Made by a program: the position numbers and the translations under genes. This document shows, piece after piece, positions 18,464 through 28,091 of a stretch of 64,000 nucleotides of DNA; position 1 is the first letter of the stretch; each line of letters begins with the position of its first letter. The notes below the pieces were generated by a model. The model made no database searches. It saw only the letters and a list, made by a program, of their open reading frames with translations, and was not told the origin of the DNA. Source of the stretch: an uncultured Candidatus Saccharibacteria bacterium (GTDB lineage Bacteria > Patescibacteriota > Minisyncoccia > Phycocordibacterales > WO2-35-19); contig CAZVUY010000004.1 of assembly GCA_964630525.1 (NCBI GenBank), positions 11,448 to 75,447 of the forward strand, written 5' to 3'.

Positions 18464-18961
18464 TTGCAGACTACCGCTTTGGGTTTACTGATGATCGCTT
18501 CTGGTATCACTGGGTTCAACGGAGCCCCTTCGGCAGCCAATGTTCTGCCTCCGGAAGTTATTGAGGTAAATGAAGTTCTTCCAGATAATAAGAAAAAGGA
18601 AGAAGAAAGGGTGATCAAAAGAAGTATGACAGTCGAGGAGTATGTGAGAAATTATTTTTCTGATATACCAGTTTTGATCGAGGTGGCTAAGTGTGAATCA
18701 CGGTTTCGTCAGCATGATAAAAATGGCGAAGTTCTACGTGGTGAAGTTAACAACCTTGATCGTGGTGTGATGCAGATCAATGAATATTATCACAATGAAG
18801 ATTCAGCTAAGCTTGGCTACGACATATTGACCATAGAAGGGAACACTGCCTATGCTCGCTACCTTTTCGAGAAGTATGGCATAAAGCCATGGAACTCCTC
18901 AGCTCCTTGTTGGAGCAAAACATTTGCTTATTCCGAATATAAGGAATTGGCATTAAAATAA
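18464..18961 (+). CDS. Secreted lysozyme-like / lytic transglycosylase-family protein
   Basis: Signal-like N-terminus (TALGLLMIASGITGFNGAPSAANV). VAKCESRF ... GVMQINEYYH fits the SLT/lysozyme-like E-S ... G.MQI motif pattern. The ORF caller starts it on TTG; ATG 18491 is an alternative start. Confidence 0.5.
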   Translation: MQTTALGLLMIASGITGFNGAPSAANVLPPEVIEVNEVLPDNKKKEEERVIKRSMTVEEYVRNYFSDIPVLIEVAKCESRFRQHDKNGEVLRGEVNNLDRGVMQINEYYHNEDSAKLGYDILTIEGNTAYARYLFEKYGIKPWNSSAPCWSKTFAYSEYKELALK

Positions 18962-18967
18962 TCAGCT

Positions 18968-19008
18968 AAAACAAAACAACTTTCTTAACAGGGAAGTTGT
19001 TTTGTTTT
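18968..19008 (+). terminator. Long perfect hairpin terminator after the lysozyme-like gene
   Basis: AAAACAAAACAACTT / AAGTTGTTTTGTTTT form a 15-bp perfect stem with loop tcttaacaggg. The descending arm is T-rich. Confidence 0.55.
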
Positions 19009-19178
19009 GTACCAAAATCAAAAACAGGGGTCATGTGCCCAGTTTTTAAATCCTTACGAGGGGAGGAGCTCCTGAGAATGATAGGAACGTCGCACAATAT
19101 ATCTTTTACGTACTATCTCTAGATACAAAAAAGGGGCCGTTAAGACCCCTCTTTTGAACCCCTTCCCTGTCGCCATTT

Positions 19179-19460
19179 TTAAAATTTGGCCAAAATATTT
19201 TTAATTAAATTTTTGAGATAATCCCAAATTGTAATGATCAGGTCTTGATACTTCTCCCAGCCTTGGCTGCCAAAATTGTAGATTTTGTCTAAAACTGATC
19301 TGAACTTGCCGGTGGTCAAAAATTCGATTATATCGATGCTGTATGCGTACTTCAGGATCACCAATGCTCCGACTATTATCAAAGTGATCTGGATAAAGCC
19401 TCTTTTATCGTTTTTCATGGTATTAATAGTATCAATAAAGTTATTTAGAGACAAAGTCAT
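19179..19460 (-). CDS. Small hypothetical membrane protein
   Basis: 93 aa with one hydrophobic helix (IQITLIIVGALVILKYAY). AT-rich host-like composition. Confidence 0.3.
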   Translation of the reverse strand: MTLSLNNFIDTINTMKNDKRGFIQITLIIVGALVILKYAYSIDIIEFLTTGKFRSVLDKIYNFGSQGWEKYQDLIITIWDYLKNLIKNILAKF

Positions 19461-19580
19461 TGTTGCTTAGCTTAGTTAGATAAAAACAAAAATAAAATTT
19501 TCAAAAGCTGCAGATAAATCTCGCTTGTTGAAAATTTTATTTTATTTTTGTTTCTTGTTTGTTGAGCGTTTAAAAATTTA

Positions 19581-20852
19581 TTAGAAATATAACATTGGGT
19601 CCAAATAAGCTTTAACATCGGCAATTGGAATGCTCATATTTTTGCAATTGCGGCTCGAAGAGTATTTTTGAATGGTCACACCTTGGCTTGCATAAAGGGT
19701 TAGATGCAAATGTGGACCAGTCGAATATCCGGTTTGGCCGCTATAACCAATAACTTCACCAGTACCAACAACCTGACCAGCACCAACCTTGATCAGGTCC
19801 AAGTGCGCATAAAGACTTGATAGGCCATTGTCGTGTTTGATGAGTACCCACTTACCATAAGAATAACAGCCACGTTGCTCGTCAGTATTGCCTACCCCTT
19901 GGACCGTCCCAGAAAGGACCGCTTTGACCGGAGTCCCACGGCTGGCTCTAAAATCAACCCCGTTGTGGGTGCCGGAAACATAGAGACGCTTCGAGTCGAC
20001 TGTCCGACCAAAACTTTGGGTTATAAAGACGTTGTCGAGTGGCCAAGATAAGATGCCTTTCTTGGCACTTGGAAAGCTATTTGGATCAATCGCTCTTTTC
20101 AGGTCTGATTCAAACTGAAACAATTCTTTTTCAAAGCGCTCCTTCTCGGCTTGGCGTTCGGCGAGAATTCTTTTATATTCAGCTTCCTTGTTTTTGGTTT
20201 CGGCGAGCAGATTGTTCTTCTCCTTTTTATTGATATCAAGTATTTTCTTTTGGTCACTCAGATCCGATTTTAGAGAAAGCAAGGTCTTCTTTTCTTTTTC
20301 GGTACTATTCTTTTTTTCAGAGAGGTCTATTTTGTGGTTTTGCAAGGCCGCCGATTGTTCGCGGATTTTTAGTTGGACTTGGCTTATGGCTTCGTACTGA
20401 TCCAATACTTCTGAAAGGCTTTGACTATTGAGAAAACTCTCGATTAGAGAACTTTCATCATTCTGACGAATTTCATTCAGGGTTTTCTTTATCGCTTCGG
20501 TGTTAGCTTTGATTTTTTGCTCGGTATCTCCTATTTCGCCACCCAGTTGTTCGATAGTGAGAGCGGTTTTTTCAATATTGGTTTCCGTTTTTTTGATCTC
20601 GGTACCTATCTTTTTTTGGTTGATGTCGAGAGTCTTGATTGTATTCTGTAAATTTTTGGCCTCGCCGCCCACTATTTCAATTTGTCTTGAGTAAGCTTTT
20701 ATTTCCTCTTCCAAAGCTTTTATTTTTTCGTTGTGAGAATCGATATTTTCTTTTAACTTATCGACCGATTGAGCCCGGCCTGTGCTAACAAAAACCAGGC
20801 TTACCAAAAATATCAGGGTGATTAATTTTCTGATTTTAAAATCAAATTTCAT
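19581..20852 (-). CDS. M23-family peptidoglycan endopeptidase with N-terminal coiled coil (EnvC-like layout)
   Basis: Signal/TM, ~250-aa coiled coil, and a C-terminal LytM domain with HNGVDF and GPHLHLT metal-binding motifs. Confidence 0.85.
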   Translation of the reverse strand: MKFDFKIRKLITLIFLVSLVFVSTGRAQSVDKLKENIDSHNEKIKALEEEIKAYSRQIEIVGGEAKNLQNTIKTLDINQKKIGTEIKKTETNIEKTALTIEQLGGEIGDTEQKIKANTEAIKKTLNEIRQNDESSLIESFLNSQSLSEVLDQYEAISQVQLKIREQSAALQNHKIDLSEKKNSTEKEKKTLLSLKSDLSDQKKILDINKKEKNNLLAETKNKEAEYKRILAERQAEKERFEKELFQFESDLKRAIDPNSFPSAKKGILSWPLDNVFITQSFGRTVDSKRLYVSGTHNGVDFRASRGTPVKAVLSGTVQGVGNTDEQRGCYSYGKWVLIKHDNGLSSLYAHLDLIKVGAGQVVGTGEVIGYSGQTGYSTGPHLHLTLYASQGVTIQKYSSSRNCKNMSIPIADVKAYLDPMLYF

Positions 20853-22258
20853 TAGTTCTCAAGGATATTTATTGCTGCTTTGAGTCTTTGTTCGCTCTCA
20901 GCCACTCCTATTATATCGAATAAGGTAATTGGGTCGGGGGATTTCTCTTGGCCGGATAGGGCATAACGCAAAGGCCAGAACACCTCACCTCTCCCCTTTT
21001 CTTCGGCAAAGGCAATCAGTCTTTTTTTGATCTCCTCATCTGACGTTTGGGAATTTATTATCGCTAGCATTTCTCTCAAATTTTTCTTGGCATCTTCCAA
21101 AGATTGGTTTTTCCAGCAGAACCTATCTTTTTGGTGGGCAGGACCCTCGAAGAGATAGTTAAATTCCCCCGCCGCCAAGATCTCCCCTACTTCACCCCAA
21201 CGATGGATCCGGTCGAGCATTATTTTGAGTAATTTTTCCATAAAAACTGTATCTTTGGTTTTCGGATGGTCTTTGAATTTTGAGTTCGATACTTGAAGAT
21301 TGAAAATTGAAAATTGTTCTTCTTTTGGTTGTTGCAGGATGTATTCTCGGTTGAGCCAATCAAGTTTTTCCACATTGAAAATCGCTCCTTTTTTCTGGAC
21401 TTTGGTCAGATCAAAAATTTTAATCAGTTGATCTAAGCTGAAAATTTCTTGGTCTGTTCCCGGATTCCAACCAATGAGAGCTAGGAAATTGATAATCGCT
21501 CCAGGTTCATAGCCCTTATCTCGATAAAACTTCAAAGAAACCATTTCTCCATGCTTTCTCTTGGAGAGTTTTGATTTATCCGGTGCCAGGATCATTGGCA
21601 AATGAGCATATTCTGGTATGTCAAAGGGCACCTTTGACACCTCGGTGATCGCCTTCCAGATCAGGATTTGCCTTGGAGTATTTGAAATATGATCCTCGCC
21701 TCTGATGATGTGGGTGATACCACTCTCTAAATCATCAATCACTACTGCTAGATGATAGAGGGGCTCATTTATGTTTCGAGCAATGACAAAATCACCAAGC
21801 GAGTCTACCTCTATCTCTATTTCTCCTCTGATTAAGTCGTGAAATTTTATTTTGCCGCCCGGATTTTTAAATCTTACTACCCTCCTCTCTTCGTGGTTTT
21901 TTGTTGCAGATAAAATATTCTCCTCGTTCTCGACTTTTTGCTCTTCAGCAATATAGGCAACACCTGCTTCAATAAGTTTGTCGAGATATTTTTTGTAGGT
22001 ATCTATCCTCTCGGTTTGTCGCCATTCTTGACCTTGATTATCGTGTTCTAAACCCAACCATTTCATGCTCTCAAACATATTTGTCTCGTATTCTTTTTTT
22101 GATCTAAGTCTGTCTGTGTCTTCTACTCTGATCAAAAAAGCACCGCCATTTTTTCTGGCAAATAAATAGTTGTAAAGAGCAGTGCGGACGTTGCCCATAT
22201 GCAAAAGCCCGGTTGGGCTTGGAGGGAATCTGACTACTACTTTTTGATTATCTGTCAT
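20852..22258 (-). CDS. gltX: Glutamyl-tRNA synthetase
   Basis: VVRFPPSPTGLLHMGNVRTALYNYLFAR (HIGH-type), KLSKRK (KMSKS). Confidence 0.95.
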   Translation of the reverse strand: MTDNQKVVVRFPPSPTGLLHMGNVRTALYNYLFARKNGGAFLIRVEDTDRLRSKKEYETNMFESMKWLGLEHDNQGQEWRQTERIDTYKKYLDKLIEAGVAYIAEEQKVENEENILSATKNHEERRVVRFKNPGGKIKFHDLIRGEIEIEVDSLGDFVIARNINEPLYHLAVVIDDLESGITHIIRGEDHISNTPRQILIWKAITEVSKVPFDIPEYAHLPMILAPDKSKLSKRKHGEMVSLKFYRDKGYEPGAIINFLALIGWNPGTDQEIFSLDQLIKIFDLTKVQKKGAIFNVEKLDWLNREYILQQPKEEQFSIFNLQVSNSKFKDHPKTKDTVFMEKLLKIMLDRIHRWGEVGEILAAGEFNYLFEGPAHQKDRFCWKNQSLEDAKKNLREMLAIINSQTSDEEIKKRLIAFAEEKGRGEVFWPLRYALSGQEKSPDPITLFDIIGVAESEQRLKAAINILEN

Positions 22259-22301
22259 TAGGGTCTATTTTACCAAAAATAGCCCAATTTGCCTACTTAA
22301 T

Positions 22302-23435
22302 TTATTCCAACTTCTCGTGAGAAATGACGATCGAAAGGAGCTCCTCGGCTATTTCAGCGGCAGCGCCAGGTTTGAAGAAAGATTTGGCACTCTCTTTCAT
22401 TTTTTTGACTAATTCTTTGTCGCTGAGAATCCTTCTTATTTCAGCTATGAAAATATGGGTCTTCAGATTTTCTTCTTGGAGGACCGAGCAAGCGCCGGCA
22501 TGAGCATAAGCAAAAGCATTTTTGACTTGGTGGTTTTCGTTGGAATCAGTGATCGGGATAATGATTGAGGGTAAACCCCAAGAGGCAATTTCAAAGATGG
22601 TAGACCCCGCTCGACTGATCACGAGAGAAGCGGCGCCGGCGGCCATTCGCATTTCGAGACTGTTGAGGTAAGCAAAAGGTTTGTAGCGATGCTGCTTAGG
22701 GTTATTGATAAGGATCGCGGCGGCAGACTGCTTCATCACCTCGATATGTTCTTGGCCGGTCTGGTGAATAATTTGAAAGTCTTTGACTAGATCTGGCAAG
22801 GCGTCTAGTACAGCATTGTTGATCACCTCGGCTCCCTGAGAACCCCCAAGGACAAGCAAGGTCGGGACACTAAGGTCAAAACCAAAAAACTCAAGGGCGT
22901 TAGCGACTATCGGCTCTAATCTCTCTGTCAACACTGGTTGGCCAGTGTAGGCCACTTTTTTATTTTTGAAATAAGGAGCCGCTTCTTTATAAGAAAGGGC
23001 GATTCGGTCGGCAAACTTACCAGCCCATTTGTTTACTCTACCTGGGGCGGAGTCTGATTCGTGGATAAATACTGGTATTCGCAAGATTCGGGCTGCAAGT
23101 ACGGTCGGGAAACTACCATAACCACCCTTACTAAAAACCACATCAGGAAAGATATCGAAAACGTCTAAGAGTGCCCCTAAAACACCCCAAGCAGTTTTAA
23201 AAATATCAAAGAAATTGGCGATCGAAAAATAACGTCGAAGTTTGCCCGCTATCACTTTTTTGTATTTGATATTGTGGTCGTAAAGGATACCTTGGTTGTA
23301 AGGGTTTGGACCAAAAAAATACATCTCCGGAGTGAGCAGTTTTTTCTCTTTAGTAACTTTTTGGATTGCTTCGACGATGGCAATGATCGGATAAAAGTGT
23401 CCGCCAGAACCGCCTCCGGTAAATATTATTTTCAT
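22302..23435 (-). CDS. murG: Undecaprenyldiphospho-muramoylpentapeptide beta-N-acetylglucosaminyltransferase
   Basis: MKIIFTGGGSGGHFYPIIAIVEAI and C-terminal GT-B motifs. Confidence 0.95.
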   Translation of the reverse strand: MKIIFTGGGSGGHFYPIIAIVEAIQKVTKEKKLLTPEMYFFGPNPYNQGILYDHNIKYKKVIAGKLRRYFSIANFFDIFKTAWGVLGALLDVFDIFPDVVFSKGGYGSFPTVLAARILRIPVFIHESDSAPGRVNKWAGKFADRIALSYKEAAPYFKNKKVAYTGQPVLTERLEPIVANALEFFGFDLSVPTLLVLGGSQGAEVINNAVLDALPDLVKDFQIIHQTGQEHIEVMKQSAAAILINNPKQHRYKPFAYLNSLEMRMAAGAASLVISRAGSTIFEIASWGLPSIIIPITDSNENHQVKNAFAYAHAGACSVLQEENLKTHIFIAEIRRILSDKELVKKMKESAKSFFKPGAAAEIAEELLSIVISHEKLE

Positions 23436-24541
23436 CTTTTTATTTTACTGTTTCTTGAAATATTCATAATAATACCAACTTCGACCAGATTGATGAAAAG
23501 GGCTGTCCCTCCGTGGCTAACAAATGGCAGTGGGATGCCGGTAAGCGGCAGCACCCCGATGATTCCACCGATATTGATCATTGCTTGCGATACGATAAGT
23601 ATAACAATTCCAATCGAGAGGAGTCTACCAAAATCGTCTGGTGCTTTCTGTCCAATCTTCATTCCCTCGATACCAAACATCACAAAGATTCCAATTAGAA
23701 TAAACGTGCCGAAAAATCCAAATTCTTCGGCGGCAACTGCAAAGACCGAATCACCGATCGGCTCTGGCAAATAGCTAAATTTTTGGATGCTCTGACCAAA
23801 ACCTTTACCCCAAAATTGTCCGGAACCGACAGCGATCAAGGATTGGTTGAGTTGGTAAGTGGAAGTTTGGCTGTTGGCGTTTGGGTTTAATACGGAGTCG
23901 ATCCTTTGTTTGATGTAAGGTCTGGTAAAGGCGAGTAGGGCTAAGATCGCCACCCCTGCCACTATGATAGCTAAAACATGTCGCCACTTGGCACCGGAAA
24001 CCAGGTACATAGATAGACCACCAAAGACTGTTACCGCAAAAGTGTCAGTGTCTGGTTGAGAAAGCAAGATAGCCCCAAGGATGGCGGATAAAACTAAAAA
24101 TGGAGCCAACCCCCAACTAAAGGTTTCGACTTTTGATTTGAGACTTGAGAGCCAGGCGGCAAAATAGATCGTAAACGCTATTTTTAAAAATTCAGCTGGC
24201 TGGAAAGTGATAAAGCCGAGGTTGATCCAGCGTTTGGCACCACCATGTTCCATGCCTATCCCCGGCATAAAAACTAACAAAGTTAGTAAGATAGAACCAA
24301 TAAAAAAGATGAAGGCGTAGCGTTTCCAAATACGGTAATCAATTCTGGCGGCAAACAGGCAAGCGATTGACCCCAAGAAAAGCCCATAAAAAACTTGGTT
24401 GAAAGCTACAGAGCTAAACTTCACTTCGTTTTTAGCTAGCTCTCCAAGCGAGGCCGACATGAAAATTAAAAAACCGGCTACTACGAGCACGATAGTCCAA
24501 AACAAAAACGGCCTACTCACCTTCCCTACTTTTGTCGCCAT
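23432..24541 (-). CDS. ftsW: SEDS-family peptidoglycan glycosyltransferase FtsW/RodA
   Basis: 10-TM protein with FtsW/RodA conserved segments (NLGFITFQPAEFLKIAF). Lies in a murG-ftsW-mraY block. Confidence 0.9.
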   Translation of the reverse strand: MATKVGKVSRPFLFWTIVLVVAGFLIFMSASLGELAKNEVKFSSVAFNQVFYGLFLGSIACLFAARIDYRIWKRYAFIFFIGSILLTLLVFMPGIGMEHGGAKRWINLGFITFQPAEFLKIAFTIYFAAWLSSLKSKVETFSWGLAPFLVLSAILGAILLSQPDTDTFAVTVFGGLSMYLVSGAKWRHVLAIIVAGVAILALLAFTRPYIKQRIDSVLNPNANSQTSTYQLNQSLIAVGSGQFWGKGFGQSIQKFSYLPEPIGDSVFAVAAEEFGFFGTFILIGIFVMFGIEGMKIGQKAPDDFGRLLSIGIVILIVSQAMINIGGIIGVLPLTGIPLPFVSHGGTALFINLVEVGIIMNISRNSKIKR

Positions 24542-24553
24542 AAATTGATTATA

Positions 24554-25639
24554 TCATCCAATCAAGGCTAAGGTGATGCCTAAAATGGCGCAAATCGTGG
24601 ATAGGATCCAATAGCGCATGGTGACTTTGTAAGACGGCCAACCTTTGGCTTCAAAATGGTGATGAAGTGGAGCGATCAAGAAAAACTTTTTACCTCGAAA
24701 TTTTTTGGACAGTACTTGGATCAGGTTTGAAAGAACGGTGATCACAAGTGGTAGCGCGATCACTGGTAGAACCAAGAGGCCATAACCATCCCCTAATCGA
24801 TCAGTCATAAAAGCAACTACGGTAAGAGTGATAGTAAGCCCCATACTCCCAGTCTCAGACATGTAGAAACGAGCGGGTGGGATGTTGAACCATAAGAAGG
24901 CTAAAAGTCCGCCAGCGACAGTAGCGCAAAAAGCAGCCAGGTCGATTTGCTGTTGATAAAAAGCAATACCAGCATAAGCGGCGAACATAGTGGTGAAAAC
25001 TCCACCGGCGAGACCATCAATCCCATCGATCACTCCCCCGGCGTACATACAGAGCGTGGTAAAGACAAAAAATAAAACAAAAAATGGTCCGAGATAAAGT
25101 TCGCTTTGGCCAAATATTCCAACAAAGGGTAGACCGATTGAGGCAACATCTAGTTTGACAAAAAACCACAAAGCGCAAAATAAAGAGATAGCCGATACTG
25201 CTCCAAGTCGGACTAAAAGTGACAACCCTCCCTTGCCCCCATTTAAAGAACCCTTCACTTCGAGCCAATCATCTATCAGTCCAACTAAAGCTCCCAAAAG
25301 CAAGGTGCCGAGTGGAACCCAGGTTTGGCTTCTTGATATGAAATCAAGTTTGATGCTTGTTTCTGTTGGTAGCAAAAAGGCGACCAGCCAAGTGGCTAAC
25401 ATGACAAAACTGGCACTAAACCAGATCACTATCCCACCCATTCTTGGGGTGTTGACCTCTCTTTCCTTGTGTAGATCGTTGAAGACGGCAGCCTGGCTAC
25501 CATCAAGAGCGATCTTGCCCGCTTTTTTCTTCCACATCTTGTGGGTGTAGAGATAGTCAGTCAAAAAGGGTGTGAAGAAGATGCCAAGTAAAAAGGCGCC
25601 AACAGATGGTAGGAAGACTTTGACAATATCGATGATCAT
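24554..25639 (-). CDS. mraY: Phospho-N-acetylmuramoyl-pentapeptide transferase
   Basis: MGGIVIWF, GLIDDW and GGVIDGIDGLAGG motifs. Confidence 0.95.
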   Translation of the reverse strand: MIIDIVKVFLPSVGAFLLGIFFTPFLTDYLYTHKMWKKKAGKIALDGSQAAVFNDLHKEREVNTPRMGGIVIWFSASFVMLATWLVAFLLPTETSIKLDFISRSQTWVPLGTLLLGALVGLIDDWLEVKGSLNGGKGGLSLLVRLGAVSAISLFCALWFFVKLDVASIGLPFVGIFGQSELYLGPFFVLFFVFTTLCMYAGGVIDGIDGLAGGVFTTMFAAYAGIAFYQQQIDLAAFCATVAGGLLAFLWFNIPPARFYMSETGSMGLTITLTVVAFMTDRLGDGYGLLVLPVIALPLVITVLSNLIQVLSKKFRGKKFFLIAPLHHHFEAKGWPSYKVTMRYWILSTICAILGITLALIG

Positions 25640-26589
25640 TTATTTTGATTTAGATATTTCATACTCGCTTCGACTAATTGCAAAGTGTCGCTAAAACGGC
25701 CGGTTTCACTGGAGCCGAGGATCGCGATGACAATCGGCTGGTTTAGCCCAGGATCGAAGGCGATCACCAGATTTCCTTGAGCGAGATCTGTATAACCAGT
25801 TTTTGAAGCGATCAGATTTGGTATTTTGCTCACAAAGATATTGGTATTTTGGGCATCGTAAGCTTTTTCGGCACTAGCGAAATGCAAGTTCGGGTAGCGG
25901 GTGGCCTCAAGCAAACCTGGCTGGCTTTCAAGGGCGTATTCAAAAAGTCGAGCCATGTCTCTCGCAGTACCATAAGCACCACCCTTCTCCAAGGTTCGGT
26001 CAAGACCGTGTTCATTGAAAAAACGGCTATTGGTCAAGCCTACTTCTTTAGCTTTTTCGTTCATTGCTTTAATAAAATTCAATCGATCACCTTCTTTGTT
26101 GGTAGCGGTCCCAGCTTTGGTCGCTGCCGCTAGGGCGAAAGCACCGTCATTGGAAGAAGTTAGCAAGGTAAAATCTCGTAGGTCACCAGCTGTCCAAGTA
26201 TCACCAACGACGAGGGCCGAATCCCCCTCTGGCTCAAGGTATTCTGAAGCAATACTAACTTTAGTATCAGGAGACATTTGTGAGGCAGTAACAGCAGTCA
26301 TCACTTTAGTCAAAGAAGCAAGTGGTAGAGGGACGTCTGGATTTTTCACAAAGAGTTCTTGTTGGTTGACAATATCCCAGACGATCGCACTCTTTGCTTC
26401 CAAATTTATTTCAGCAAAAGGATTGTTCTGTTGGTCACTTGTCGCGGTAGATTTTTTAGTTTTTACATCATCACTATTTACAATGAGTAGCACGAAAATC
26501 ATCACTGCGGCTATAAACAGAAAAGAGATGAAGTGACCGAAATATTTCGTTCTATTTTCAATATTAAATATTTCTCTGAAATTATTCAT
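25636..26589 (-). CDS. D-alanyl-D-alanine carboxypeptidase (S11, PBP5-like)
   Basis: Signal/TM, an SxxK motif (ASLTKVMTAV) and an S11 fold-like sequence. Confidence 0.8.
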   Translation of the reverse strand: MNNFREIFNIENRTKYFGHFISFLFIAAVMIFVLLIVNSDDVKTKKSTATSDQQNNPFAEINLEAKSAIVWDIVNQQELFVKNPDVPLPLASLTKVMTAVTASQMSPDTKVSIASEYLEPEGDSALVVGDTWTAGDLRDFTLLTSSNDGAFALAAATKAGTATNKEGDRLNFIKAMNEKAKEVGLTNSRFFNEHGLDRTLEKGGAYGTARDMARLFEYALESQPGLLEATRYPNLHFASAEKAYDAQNTNIFVSKIPNLIASKTGYTDLAQGNLVIAFDPGLNQPIVIAILGSSETGRFSDTLQLVEASMKYLNQNK

Positions 26590-27133
26590 TGTTGTCTTGA
26601 TTTTCGTTTTGTTGTTCGAGCGTTGTTCTGAGTGTTTGCTGCAGCTCGGTAAATTGGGGCAAGTCTTCCCTTCGACTCAACCCCAAATGGGCCAACAAAG
26701 CCAAGGTGGGCTGGTATCTAAAAGTGCGTTGATCAGCCGGGTTTTGTTCTTTTTCGATCAGCCCTCGGATACTTAGGTTGCGCAATATAAAAGCGGAATT
26801 TACTCCGCGAATATAATCGATCTCTCGACGAGAGACTCCCTGATTATACAATATGATAGCGAGAGTCTCCAGACCGGCTTTACCGATCTCCTCACTCATC
26901 TCCCCTTTAGCGACACTCTCAATGAGAGCAGACAATTCTTGATTAGTAGCTAACACCACTTCTTTCTCGTTTCTGACAACGCAGATACCGCGGTTTTTCA
27001 AAGATTCGGCCAGATTGTCGACACTCTCCCTTACCTCGCTCTCGGTAACCGCCAAAATCTCTGCCAATTTTTTGATTGTTTGTGGCTCGTTCTTATAAAA
27101 CAATACCGCTTCTATTTTTTGTTCGAGATTCAT
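26582..27133 (-). CDS. scpB: Segregation and condensation protein B
   Basis: IEAVLFYKNEPQTIKKLAEIL is the typical ScpB tandem-wHTH N-terminus. Confidence 0.9.
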   Translation of the reverse strand: MNLEQKIEAVLFYKNEPQTIKKLAEILAVTESEVRESVDNLAESLKNRGICVVRNEKEVVLATNQELSALIESVAKGEMSEEIGKAGLETLAIILYNQGVSRREIDYIRGVNSAFILRNLSIRGLIEKEQNPADQRTFRYQPTLALLAHLGLSRREDLPQFTELQQTLRTTLEQQNENQDNNE

Positions 27134-27135
27134 TT

Positions 27136-27864
27136 TTAATAACTGGGTATGCTTATATTATCAGATTCCATCTCAATATCATCAAAATGATTTTCCTGGT
27201 TTGCTCGTACCAAGCCTTGTTTGACAAGCTCGAGCATGGCTAGGAAACTCACGATCACATGCACGCGCTCTGCTTTGCCTAGGCCCGCAAAATCTTTGAA
27301 GCTGGTTCTCAAGCTTTTTTGGACCCGCTCGGCCAAAGTGCCGATCATTTCCTCCAGGCTGACCACTTTGGCGACTGATATTTTTGGTAGTGGTGCCTCT
27401 GTTTTTTGCAGATTTTGGAGCACTTCTCTCAGGCTATGATGCAAAGTGTCGGGAGTGATCTCGTAAGTCGGCGAGAAAACTACTTTCATCACTTTTCTCT
27501 CTCTGGCAAAGTACAAGAAATTACCGAAGAGCTTGCTTACTTCGGTTGCTAATTCTTTATATTGTTTATAAGTGGCCAATCTTTTTTCCAACTCATCGAT
27601 GCTTTGCTCTTCCTCGGTGGAAAGGTCGAGGGTTGGCAGGAGCGATTTTGATTTGATGAGCAATAAGGTAGAAGCGATCAAGATGAAGTCAGCTGAGTCG
27701 GCTAGCGGAAAATTCTCGAAAGATTTGGTGTACTCGATGAAATCGTCGGCGACCGCGGAGATAGCGACATTTGAAATGTGGAGCTTCCTTTTTTCGATTA
27801 GCTCGAGCAAGAGCTCAAGCGGCCCTTCAAACTCCCCCACTTTGACTTTAAAATCGGTTTCCAT
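27136..27864 (-). CDS. scpA: Segregation and condensation protein A
   Basis: FEGPLELLLELIEKRKLHISNVAISAV is the ScpA signature. Confidence 0.9.
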   Translation of the reverse strand: METDFKVKVGEFEGPLELLLELIEKRKLHISNVAISAVADDFIEYTKSFENFPLADSADFILIASTLLLIKSKSLLPTLDLSTEEEQSIDELEKRLATYKQYKELATEVSKLFGNFLYFARERKVMKVVFSPTYEITPDTLHHSLREVLQNLQKTEAPLPKISVAKVVSLEEMIGTLAERVQKSLRTSFKDFAGLGKAERVHVIVSFLAMLELVKQGLVRANQENHFDDIEMESDNISIPSY

Positions 27865-28091
27865 CCTGTAGTAGAAAATGGCATTGCTCTAAAGAAGCTT
27901 ACCACTTAAATTGAAAATTACTTAATAAAATCAACCCTGCTACTGATTCGGATTTTTCACTGTAGACTTTAATGCCATTTTTCACTACAGGATCCATCTT
28001 GTTATTTTAACAGTATTTGGTAACATTTTGAAAGACCGCGACCTTTCAACAGGTCTTCTTCTGGTAAGGCCCGGGGCAACCTGGGCCTTTT

